Of a stretch of 64,000 nt of DNA, positions 21,230-30,286 are shown in pieces. Source of the DNA: Flavobacteriaceae bacterium (lineage in GTDB: Bacteria; Bacteroidota; Bacteroidia; Flavobacteriales; Flavobacteriaceae); contig JAWKMU010000005.1 in NCBI GenBank assembly GCA_041392065.1, positions 156,340-220,339 on the forward strand, in the 5' to 3' direction. The notes below the pieces were generated by a model, which searched no databases, was not told the origin of the DNA, and saw only the letters and a list, made by a program, of their open reading frames with translations. A program made the position numbers and the translations under genes. Numbering within the stretch: the first letter of the stretch is position 1; each line of letters opens with the position of its first letter.

Positions 21230-23650
21230 TTAGTCTTTAGGTTTTAAAGTATAAGAGTTTACTGCAACCGAGTCTATTTTTTCTCGTGAATAATACACAG
21301 GGAAATATTGATCTTTTGCCCAAGGTTCAAACAAATTACTGTAAAATTCACTATCAGGATCTCCAGATTGTCCTGGACCATTGGTTCCAACTGCAGCATC
21401 CCAATCTCCAGTATTGACTATCATCTTGAACGAAGCACCAGAACTTTGATTATTATTGCCTCCAGTTGAACCTGGAGTGTAAGCGTTGCCACCTCTTGGC
21501 ATTGGCCCTAAATCTAATTTGCTTTTGATTGTTTCGTTTACAGAATTGCTAAGTGCATGAGCCATATAAGAATGTTTAAATTTTTCCTGACCATATTGCC
21601 ATTTGCTCATATCAGAACCAAGATTGGTTTCTAATTGGTTTATAGCATTTTCAAAGGCATCTTTTAAAAATAAGTCTCTGCTTAATGTTGCATTAGTTTC
21701 GAAATTTGAATCCGGATTTTCTATAAAATCGATAATGGTTTTCATTTGAAAATAAAGAATGTTTTCATCAACAGCTTTTGGAATAAAATATTTGCGAGCT
21801 GAAATTTTGATTTCATTTTCCCAAGCGACATAAATAGCAGCTTCAATGGAGTTAGGCTCTAATTTGTAATCCCAATTAGAAAGTAATTTTTGAGCTTCTG
21901 CATGTTTACCAATTAAAGCTAAACTTTTCAAGTAGGGCACAAGTGTTCTAGCTGGAATGGAGAGATAGTCTACTTGTAAAGCTTTCATGTCATCCATAGT
22001 CATTTTTTTGCCAGAACCGAGAACTTCACCTACACGTTCACCTCGATAAGGATCAGACCACGAATAACCAATGGCATTCCAATGTGTGTAATCGTCAGGT
22101 GTTACATTTTCATTTGCTGTTGCTATAAAGCCTTTTTCAGGATTGTAAGCATGCGGTTTTTCAATGATTGGCAAATAACCATCCCATTCGTAGCTGCCAT
22201 CACCAGGAACTGGAACTAAACCACTAAAATTATTTCTAATAGGTGCAATGCCAACGGCTTGCCAACCAATATTTCCTTCTTTGTCTGCCCAAATCATATT
22301 TTCACCTGGAATATGACTGTAGTTACAAGCTTCACGAAATTCTTCCCAAGTCTTTGCCTGATCCATACGTAAAGAGGCTAGATAAGGAGATCCTCCAGGC
22401 TCTAACCATGCACAACGTACAGCATAAGCCTTAAAATTTTCTTTATCAATGTATGCTACTGGACCATGTTGAGTATAAAATAAATCGACACTAACATCAT
22501 CTTGATCTTTAACTTTTATAGTTTCAGTAATAATATTCATATCAACCCAATTGTCTTTATATTTATATTGATTTGGATTCACTGGATTCAAATCATAAAC
22601 ATAAAGGTCTTCACCATCAGTTTCAAAAACAGTAAGTCCCCAAGTTCCATACTCATTATGACCAATAGAAATCCCAGGAATTTCAGGCTCTCCACCACCA
22701 ATAACGTTCCAACCTGGAGCTACTAGATGAGCCATATAACGAAGAGATGGTACAGCAATACGACGATGAGGATCGTTTGCCATATATGTATTGCCATCTT
22801 TCATAAGCTTACCACTTACTACCCAATTATTGCTTCCAATGGCTAAAGAATCGTTGTTTGTTTCATTCATTTGAAGTAGAGCAGTAGCACTTTCTGATTT
22901 TCTGTATTCTGGAATAACGTCTTCCGGCTGAAATTTCACAGTTTGTCTATAGGCATGGTAAAGCTCTAAAATATCATCATCTAAAAGTTCTCCGTTTATT
23001 TTAGGATCCAAGTTGATGTTTGGATCTTTTGGATGAAACCACGTTAACTTTTTTACTCTTTCTGAACCTATTTTAGCTACTGCACGACCAATTTGCAGCT
23101 CTTCATCAATATTTCCTAAAAGACCTTGGTGTCTTGAAATCACCACTTCTGGTGTCCATTTTTCCGGTTTAATATTAAGAAGTTTAAACTCAATTGGTAA
23201 ACTATCAGGAGTTTTTAATATTTCGTCAATATAAGCGTTTACACCATTAGTATATGCTGTTATTATCTCTTGGCCATCATTGTGATAATGATTCATTTCT
23301 GTTGTCATATCACCGCGAAATTTAAAAAGTCTTGTCCCAATATCACGCTTGAGTTCTCGCTCTCCTAAAATCTCTGCAACTGTTCCTGTGGCTTGTCGTC
23401 TCCATATTTCAAATTGAAATAAACGATCTTTTGCTGCAGCATAGCCTTGTGCAAAGAACAAGTCTTTTTGGTTTTTTGCATAAATGTGATTTATTCCCCA
23501 TTGATCTCTAATAATTTCAACAGGTTCAGTTAAACCTTTAATTTGTAGTTGATTATCTTCGGTTTTTGATTTTTTACAGGAATAAATAAATAAACTAATT
23601 GATAAAAGTAGAATGAAAGAATGTTTGGTTGGTTTTAATTGAAATAGCAT
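21230..23650 (-). CDS. penicillin acylase-family Ntn hydrolase (possible acyl-homoserine-lactone or beta-lactam acylase), lipoprotein
   Basis: 806 aa. Lipoprotein signal LLLSISLFIYSCKK. The beta-subunit N-terminal nucleophile context is GSNNWVVSGK. The N-terminus has a RDQWGINHIYA motif. Confidence 0.8.
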   Translation of the reverse strand: MLFQLKPTKHSFILLLSISLFIYSCKKSKTEDNQLQIKGLTEPVEIIRDQWGINHIYAKNQKDLFFAQGYAAAKDRLFQFEIWRRQATGTVAEILGERELKRDIGTRLFKFRGDMTTEMNHYHNDGQEIITAYTNGVNAYIDEILKTPDSLPIEFKLLNIKPEKWTPEVVISRHQGLLGNIDEELQIGRAVAKIGSERVKKLTWFHPKDPNINLDPKINGELLDDDILELYHAYRQTVKFQPEDVIPEYRKSESATALLQMNETNNDSLAIGSNNWVVSGKLMKDGNTYMANDPHRRIAVPSLRYMAHLVAPGWNVIGGGEPEIPGISIGHNEYGTWGLTVFETDGEDLYVYDLNPVNPNQYKYKDNWVDMNIITETIKVKDQDDVSVDLFYTQHGPVAYIDKENFKAYAVRCAWLEPGGSPYLASLRMDQAKTWEEFREACNYSHIPGENMIWADKEGNIGWQAVGIAPIRNNFSGLVPVPGDGSYEWDGYLPIIEKPHAYNPEKGFIATANENVTPDDYTHWNAIGYSWSDPYRGERVGEVLGSGKKMTMDDMKALQVDYLSIPARTLVPYLKSLALIGKHAEAQKLLSNWDYKLEPNSIEAAIYVAWENEIKISARKYFIPKAVDENILYFQMKTIIDFIENPDSNFETNATLSRDLFLKDAFENAINQLETNLGSDMSKWQYGQEKFKHSYMAHALSNSVNETIKSKLDLGPMPRGGNAYTPGSTGGNNNQSSGASFKMIVNTGDWDAAVGTNGPGQSGDPDSEFYSNLFEPWAKDQYFPVYYSREKIDSVAVNSYTLKPKD

Positions 23651-23717
23651 TATTTAATGTTTATATAAATAAGCTAATCTCGATTAAATAGAATGGGAAA
23701 TACTAAGGTACTATTTT

Positions 23718-25016
23718 TTAATGATTACTTCTTAAAAAGGACTTTAATTCATTGTAATCTTTAATTTTTACCGATGCTTTTTTCTTATTCATTACAGATT
23801 TTATTTGTGCTGGTAATTCAATTTTAGATTGAATAACCTTTTCAACAACATCCAAAAATTTTGTTGGATGTGCTGTTTCCAAAAACACACAATGACAATC
23901 TGATTTTGTTTTCAAATATGCTTTGGCACCAAGATATCCAACTGCTCCATGTGGATCTGCTACATAACTGTAGTTGTTGTAAATTTCGAGAATAGCATTT
24001 TCAGTTTCTGAATCAGAAAAACTAAAAGAAGAAAGATTATTTTGTAGAAGTTTGAAATCATTATTATAAATTTCTTGTATTCTCACAAAATTACTTGGAT
24101 TTCCAACATCCATGGCGTTACTTATAGTTTGTACTGAAGGTTTTGGATTGTATAGTTGAGTTTTTAAGTATTCTGTAACGACGTTATTTTCATTGTTTGA
24201 AGCAATAAAATGCTTGATTGGTAACCCTAATTTTTGTGCCATCATTCCAGCGCAAATATTCCCAAAATTGCCACTAGGTACAGAAAATACAATGTTTTTA
24301 TATTTATTTTTTAATTGCTTATAAGCAAACATAAAATAGAACATTTGAGGCAACCAACGTGCAACATTTATTGAGTTTGCAGACGTTAATTGCAATTTGC
24401 TGGTTAATTCTTCATCTAGAAAAACACGTTTTACCATATCTTGGCAATCGTCAAAAACACCATCAACCTCAAGTGCTGTAATATTTTGTCCTAGTGTAGT
24501 AAGCTGTTTTTCTTGAATATCGCTCACTTTTCCGCTAGGATAGAGGATAACCACATTAACACCTTTTACGCCTAGAAATCCATTGGCAACTGCTCCTCCT
24601 GTATCACCAGAAGTGGCAACCAAAACCGTTACTTCTTTCTTATTGTTTTTATTGAAGTAACCTAAACATCTTGCCATAAAACGAGCTCCAACATCTTTAA
24701 ACGCCATTGTTGGACCATGAAATAATTCTAAAGTTGATATGTTTTCGTTTAAATTAACAATAGGAAAATCAAAAGATAAAGTATCTTCAACTATCTTTTT
24801 TAATTCGGCTTCAGGAATTTCTGGAAGCACAAATTGCTTGATAGTTTCGTAAGCAATTTCAGTATTTGATAATTGATTGATACACTCGAAAAAATCTTTA
24901 GGTAAAGGTGTGATACTTTCAGGAAAATACAAACCTCTATCAGGAGCAAGTCCTTTAATAACAGCTTCTTTAAAAGATGTATTTGGTGCTTTTTTATTAA
25001 GTGAAAAGTAATTCAT
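23718..25016 (-). CDS. thrC: threonine synthase
   Basis: 432 aa. PLP-Lys region PTMAFKDVGARF. Last gene of the thrA-thrB-thrC string. Confidence 0.92.
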   Translation of the reverse strand: MNYFSLNKKAPNTSFKEAVIKGLAPDRGLYFPESITPLPKDFFECINQLSNTEIAYETIKQFVLPEIPEAELKKIVEDTLSFDFPIVNLNENISTLELFHGPTMAFKDVGARFMARCLGYFNKNNKKEVTVLVATSGDTGGAVANGFLGVKGVNVVILYPSGKVSDIQEKQLTTLGQNITALEVDGVFDDCQDMVKRVFLDEELTSKLQLTSANSINVARWLPQMFYFMFAYKQLKNKYKNIVFSVPSGNFGNICAGMMAQKLGLPIKHFIASNNENNVVTEYLKTQLYNPKPSVQTISNAMDVGNPSNFVRIQEIYNNDFKLLQNNLSSFSFSDSETENAILEIYNNYSYVADPHGAVGYLGAKAYLKTKSDCHCVFLETAHPTKFLDVVEKVIQSKIELPAQIKSVMNKKKASVKIKDYNELKSFLRSNH

Positions 25017-25022
25017 AATACT

Positions 25023-25952
25023 TTAAGATTTGAGGATTTTGATACCTTTTGTATTGATGTCTGAAACAAATGTATTAAACTCGATTCCAGTTGAAGCATA
25101 AACCGATTGTATAGCTTTTTCAACATTAAGAGCTGTTTCTTTACCTTGACTCAAAGCAAAAATAGAAGGTCCAGAACCAGAAATGGCACAACCTAAAGCA
25201 CCAGCTTCTAAGGCTGCAAATTTTACATCATCAAAGTGAGGAATAAGTTGTTTTCTGTAAGGTTCAACAATAATATCTTGAAGTGATCTGTGTATTAATT
25301 TATAATCGCTTGTATGTAAAGCATGAATTAGGCTACCAACATTTGCCCATTGAGCAGTAGCATCTTTTAAGCTTACTTTTTTGGGTAATATTTCTCGTGC
25401 TTCAGAAGTTTTAATTTCAATTTGTGGATGAATTAAAGTGGCATATAATTCCTGTGGTGTTGGAATTTGTAAGATATCTAAAGGCAAAGTGCTTTTTACT
25501 AATGTGATTCCGCCAAAAATCGCTGGCGCTAAATTGTCGGCATGCTCACTTTTACTTGCTAAGGCTTCACCTTTCATTGCAAAATAGGTGAGTTGTGTTT
25601 TATTGTAGGGTTTTCCTAATAGTTCATTCATACCAAATACGCTACCAACAGCACTAGCTGCACTACTACCAATTCCACTTCCAGGTTTGATATGCTTGTA
25701 TATTTCAATTTCAAATCCACAATCTGGATTGAGATGTTCGTACATGGCTAAAGCTGATACTCCAGCGACATTTTTCTCAACTTCATAAGGTAAATCATAA
25801 CCTTCAATATGTGTTATTTTAATGCCTTTTTCGTCAACTTTTCTAATCACCATTTCGTCGCCTTTGTTATCTAAGCAAAATCCTAGCACATCAAAGCCAC
25901 AGGCTACATTTGCAACGGTTGCTGGTGAAAATATTTTTATTTCTTTATTCAT
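25023..25952 (-). CDS. thrB: homoserine kinase
   Basis: 309 aa GHMP kinase with motif IKPGSGIGSSAASAV. Confidence 0.92.
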   Translation of the reverse strand: MNKEIKIFSPATVANVACGFDVLGFCLDNKGDEMVIRKVDEKGIKITHIEGYDLPYEVEKNVAGVSALAMYEHLNPDCGFEIEIYKHIKPGSGIGSSAASAVGSVFGMNELLGKPYNKTQLTYFAMKGEALASKSEHADNLAPAIFGGITLVKSTLPLDILQIPTPQELYATLIHPQIEIKTSEAREILPKKVSLKDATAQWANVGSLIHALHTSDYKLIHRSLQDIIVEPYRKQLIPHFDDVKFAALEAGALGCAISGSGPSIFALSQGKETALNVEKAIQSVYASTGIEFNTFVSDINTKGIKILKS

Positions 25953-25955
25953 GGA

Positions 25956-28409
25956 TTAGTTACTCGCAATTTTAATAATGTCGGCAAATAAACCAGATGC
26001 TGTAACGTCTGCACCAGCTCCAGCTCCTTTTATAATAAGAGGCTGTTCTGGATAGCGTTCAGTGTAGAACATTACAATATTGTCCTTTCCTTTTAGATTG
26101 TAGAAAGGATGACCTTCAGGAATTTCCCTTAAACCAACTTTAGCTTTTCCTTTGCTGAATTCCGCAACATACTTAAGTTGGCAATTTTTTGCTTTTGCCG
26201 AAGCATATAATTTTTGAAAATGAGCTTCGTCTTCAATTAAGGAATCATAAAAGTCATCTACAGTATTACTTTCAAGATTATTTTTAGTTAAAAATGGTTC
26301 TATTTCTACGTCTTCAATTTCCATTTCATTGCCATTTTCTCTTGCTAAAATTAAAATCTTTCTAGCCACATCTATACCGCTTAAATCTATTCTTGGATCT
26401 GGTTCAGTGTAACCTTCAAATTGAGCTTGTTTTACAGTATCGTGAAAGTTTTTTCGATCGCTAAAATTGTTAAACACAAAATTTAAACTTCCTGATAAAA
26501 CTGCCAAAACGTGAGTTACTTTATCACCTGAAGTTACAAGATTTTTAAGTGTATTTATTATTGGTAATCCTGCACCAACATTGGTTTCATATAAAAATGG
26601 AGCGTTATATTTTAATGCTAAACTTTGTAAGTATTTGTAGTTGCTAAAATCTCCTGAGCATGCAATTTTATTACATGCAACCACAGCAATATTTTTCTTT
26701 AAATATTGAGCATACATATTTGAAACATCTTCGTTTGCAGTAATATCAACAAAAATGCTATTACGTAGGTTCATTTCAACGGCTTTATCAAAAAATCCTT
26801 TTATGCTAGATTTTTGAGCAAAATTAAATTCTGTAATCCATCTATCAAGATCAAAACCTTTGTTGTTAAAAACCATTTTTCTTGAGTTGGAAATACCAAC
26901 AATACGTAAATCAATCTTTAAATTTTTCCTTAGGAAATTTTGTTGCTGTTGTATTTGGTCTATTAGTTTTTCACCAACATTTCCTATTCCAGTGATAAAT
27001 AAATTGATCTGTTTGGTTGGAACTTCAAAAAAACGTTCATGTATAGTATTTAGAGCTTTTTTTACGTCGTTTTTTGAAATTACAGCCGAAATATTTCTTT
27101 CTGAAGCTCCTTGAGCAATAGCTCTAACATTAACATTGTTTTTTCCTAATGCACTGAACATTTTTCCGCTTATACCTTGATGATTTCTCATATTATCACC
27201 AACTATAGCCACTATAGCGAGGTCTTTTTCAACAATTATTGGGTCAATCTTATGTAGTGATATTTCGTTTTCAAAAGTCTTGTCAATTGCTGCTTTTGCA
27301 TTATTAGCATCTTTTTCAGAAATACCAATACAAATGGAATGTTCTGATGACGCTTGTGTGATTAAAATCACATTAATTTTTTCATTAGATAAAGTTTCAA
27401 ATAATCGTTTTGAAAACCCAGGAATACCAACCATTCCGTTACCTTGAAGTGTAAGTAAAGCTATATTATCAATGTTACTAATGCCTTTCACAGCAAGACT
27501 TGTTCCATTGGTACTTTCTTTTGAGATGTATGTTCCGGCGTCTTTTGGAGCTAAAGTGTTTTTAATAACAATAGGTATGTTTTTATCTAATACTGGTTGA
27601 ACGGTTGGAGGATAAAGTACTTTTGCACCAAAGTGAGACAATTCAACAGCTTCTTGGTAAGAAAGTCTTTCAATGGGTTTGGCTTGTTTTACTAATTTTG
27701 GGTTGGTTGTATACATACCACTAACATCAGTCCAAATTTGTAGCTCTTCTACGTTAAGAGCTGCTGCAACTATAGCTGCTGTATAGTCCGAACCACCTCG
27801 ACCAAGCGTGGTAAATTCACCATCTTTTGATTTTGATATAAAACCAGGAAGGATTGTTATTTTTGAATGATTATCTTCAAAAAAGTTCTGAATATTAACT
27901 TCTGTTTCTTTTGCATAAATAGCTGCATTAGTGTGGTTCTTATCAGTTACTATAAGTTCTTGCGAATTTTTTAGAGTCGCATCCAATCCTTTAGTTTTTA
28001 AGGCTTCAGAAATTATAAATGAGGATAACAACTCACCATAGCTTAGAAGTTTGTCTGTGGTTTTTGGAGAAAGTTCGTTTATTAGAAAGAGTCCATCTAA
28101 TAACTGTTCTAAATCCGAAAGTTTTTCGAGCACAAATTGTTTCACGAAATCTTTTTTATTGGTATTCTCAATTAAACCATCAATAATACTTAGATGTTTT
28201 TCTTCTATTTTTTTATATGCATCCTTATATAAAGTGGATTTTTCTACAGCTTTATTAGCGACATCAATAAGTTTATCTGTAATGCCACCAACTGCAGAAA
28301 CCACAACAATACAGTTTTCTGATTTAGAGCTTGATTCTAAAATCGAGATAACTTTATTTATGTTTTTGGCCGATCCAACAGATGTACCACCAAATTTTAA
28401 AACTTTCAT
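25956..28409 (-). CDS. thrA: bifunctional aspartokinase I / homoserine dehydrogenase I
   Basis: 817 aa. N-terminal aspartokinase (MKVLKFGGTSVGS), ACT domains and a C-terminal homoserine dehydrogenase (ITGIGNVGEKL). Confidence 0.95.
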   Translation of the reverse strand: MKVLKFGGTSVGSAKNINKVISILESSSKSENCIVVVSAVGGITDKLIDVANKAVEKSTLYKDAYKKIEEKHLSIIDGLIENTNKKDFVKQFVLEKLSDLEQLLDGLFLINELSPKTTDKLLSYGELLSSFIISEALKTKGLDATLKNSQELIVTDKNHTNAAIYAKETEVNIQNFFEDNHSKITILPGFISKSKDGEFTTLGRGGSDYTAAIVAAALNVEELQIWTDVSGMYTTNPKLVKQAKPIERLSYQEAVELSHFGAKVLYPPTVQPVLDKNIPIVIKNTLAPKDAGTYISKESTNGTSLAVKGISNIDNIALLTLQGNGMVGIPGFSKRLFETLSNEKINVILITQASSEHSICIGISEKDANNAKAAIDKTFENEISLHKIDPIIVEKDLAIVAIVGDNMRNHQGISGKMFSALGKNNVNVRAIAQGASERNISAVISKNDVKKALNTIHERFFEVPTKQINLFITGIGNVGEKLIDQIQQQQNFLRKNLKIDLRIVGISNSRKMVFNNKGFDLDRWITEFNFAQKSSIKGFFDKAVEMNLRNSIFVDITANEDVSNMYAQYLKKNIAVVACNKIACSGDFSNYKYLQSLALKYNAPFLYETNVGAGLPIINTLKNLVTSGDKVTHVLAVLSGSLNFVFNNFSDRKNFHDTVKQAQFEGYTEPDPRIDLSGIDVARKILILARENGNEMEIEDVEIEPFLTKNNLESNTVDDFYDSLIEDEAHFQKLYASAKAKNCQLKYVAEFSKGKAKVGLREIPEGHPFYNLKGKDNIVMFYTERYPEQPLIIKGAGAGADVTASGLFADIIKIASN

Positions 28410-28481
28410 GTTTAAAAATTATTAAATTTAAATTGGGCTGCAAGTTTATGCAACAAAATTAGAGTTCTAAAGAATAATTAA

Positions 28482-28614
28482 TTAACAACCCAAAAGGGTC
28501 GTATTTGATGTTGTAAAAATACCAAATAAAGATAAGTTCCCTTTAGGGAAGGAAAGAAATTTACAATTATGTCGATTAAAAAAAATCATTTGGTAATTAT
28601 CCTTTTCAAAAGTA
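28482..28614 (-). promoter_or_regulatory. candidate thr-operon leader: -7 box, a 35-codon Thr-rich leader ORF and hairpins
   Basis: All on the minus strand. TActTTTG lies at 28614-28607. An ATG at 28589 opens MIFFNRHNCKFLSFPKGNLSLFGIFTTSNTTLLGC, with its stop at 28484-28482. Thr codons ACA ACA .. .. ACG ACC sit just before and inside the hairpin acgaccc-tttt-gggttgt. A second hairpin is ttccct-aaa-gggaa. I translated this by hand. Confidence 0.35.
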
Positions 28615-28663
28615 TTATTTTTACTGAGATTTTAAAATTTATCCATATTTATTCTATAAAAGC

Positions 28664-30229
28664 ATGAAAATTTTCGCTAAGGAACAAATTTATGAAGGAG
28701 ACAGGCTCACTGCTGAAAAGCAAAACATAAGTTCTACAGAATTGATGGAACGTGCTGGAATGCAAATTTTTAATTGGCTGCATACAAGGATGCAAGGAGC
28801 TCAAGTACCAATTCATGTGTTTTGTGGTATTGGAAATAATGGAGGAGATGGACTTGTTGTTGCCAGACAATTAATAACTCATGGTTATAATGTGTTTACT
28901 TATGTTGTAAATTGTAGTGATAAGCGATCTAAAGATTTTTTGGTCAATTATGATAGAATTAAGACAGTTACAAAAAAGTGGCCAACTCTGTTAGGCTGTG
29001 AAGATGAATTTCCAACCATTCATAAAGACGATATTATTGTAGATGCCGTTTTTGGAATTGGGCTTAACAGACCAGTAGATGATTGGGTAAAGGCACTGTT
29101 TTTACACTTCAAAAAATCAAGAGCGTTCACTTTATCTATAGATATGCCTTCTGGTTTATTTGCCGACAAAGTACCTGACACACAGAATGATGTTGTTAGG
29201 GCAAATCATACACTAAGTTTTGCCTCACCAAAATTGGTGTTTTTTTTACCTGATACTGCAAAATATACTCAGCAGTGGGAAATTTTGGATATTGGATTAG
29301 ACATGGAGTTTTTGTACACTACTCAAACTGAAGCCGAGCTTATAGGTAAATTTGAAGTACTACCATTATATAAACCACGTAAAAAGTTTGATCATAAAGG
29401 TACTTATGGTCATGCATTAATAATTGGTGGTAGTTATGGTAAAATAGGTTCGGTTGTGTTAGCAAGTAAGGCAGTAATGTCTTCAGGAGCAGGTTTAGTA
29501 ACCGCTTACGTGCCTAGATGTGGTGATATTGTGCTACAGTCGTCCTTTCCGGAAGCAATGGTTATTTCTGACAAAAATGAATTGATAATTAGTAATATAG
29601 ATTTTGATTTACAACCAAAAGCTATAGGTATTGGCGTAGGAATGGGAACAGATAAACAAACCGTTTCTGCATTTGAAGCTTTTTTAATAGCTAATACAGT
29701 TCCGCTAATTATAGATGCTGATGGCATTAATATGCTTTCGAACAAAAAGGCACTTTTAAAATTATTAAAACCAAATACAGTTTTAACTCCACATCCAAAA
29801 GAACTTGAACGTCTTATTGGCAAATGGAATGATGATTTTGATAAATTAAAAAAAGTAAAAGCTTTCTCAAAAAAATATAATATTGTAGTTGTAATTAAAG
29901 GAGCACATACTATTATAGTACAAAACGATAAGCTTTATATCAATTCAACTGGAAATCCTAGTTTAGCAACAGCTGGAAGTGGAGATGTTTTAACAGGAAT
30001 TATAACTGGATTAATTTCACAAGGTTATGAACCTATTATTGCATCAATTTTTGGAGTGTATTTACATGGTAGAGCTGCAGATATTGCAGTAGTCTCTTTT
30101 GGCTATCAAAGTTTAATAGCAAGCCATATTATTGAATATCTTGGTGAAGCTTATATTGATTTGTTTAAACAGCCCGAAGAACCAAGAGACAATAGCGATG
30201 AAACCAACCAAGAAAATGAGATTAAATAA
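28664..30229 (+). CDS. nnr: bifunctional NAD(P)H-hydrate repair enzyme (epimerase / ADP-dependent dehydratase)
   Basis: 521 aa. YjeF-N domain (FCGIGNNGGDGLVVAR) plus a C-terminal carbohydrate-kinase-like domain (GNPSLATAGSGDVLTG). Confidence 0.9.
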   Translation: MKIFAKEQIYEGDRLTAEKQNISSTELMERAGMQIFNWLHTRMQGAQVPIHVFCGIGNNGGDGLVVARQLITHGYNVFTYVVNCSDKRSKDFLVNYDRIKTVTKKWPTLLGCEDEFPTIHKDDIIVDAVFGIGLNRPVDDWVKALFLHFKKSRAFTLSIDMPSGLFADKVPDTQNDVVRANHTLSFASPKLVFFLPDTAKYTQQWEILDIGLDMEFLYTTQTEAELIGKFEVLPLYKPRKKFDHKGTYGHALIIGGSYGKIGSVVLASKAVMSSGAGLVTAYVPRCGDIVLQSSFPEAMVISDKNELIISNIDFDLQPKAIGIGVGMGTDKQTVSAFEAFLIANTVPLIIDADGINMLSNKKALLKLLKPNTVLTPHPKELERLIGKWNDDFDKLKKVKAFSKKYNIVVVIKGAHTIIVQNDKLYINSTGNPSLATAGSGDVLTGIITGLISQGYEPIIASIFGVYLHGRAADIAVVSFGYQSLIASHIIEYLGEAYIDLFKQPEEPRDNSDETNQENEIK

Positions 30230-30286
30230 AACATTTATTTTGATATAATTTTTTGATTACTGATTTTTGAAAACTTAAAACTTACT

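Noticed and set aside
28410-28663. A lysine or SAM riboswitch upstream of the aspartokinase gene
   Set aside because: I did not recognise the conserved helices or core motifs of either class by eye. The region is better described by the small Thr-rich ORF plus hairpins, reported as a low-confidence finding.
28649-28870. A 73-aa minus-strand ORF upstream of thrA
   Set aside because: It is antisense to the well-supported nnr start region, and its sequence is not protein-like.
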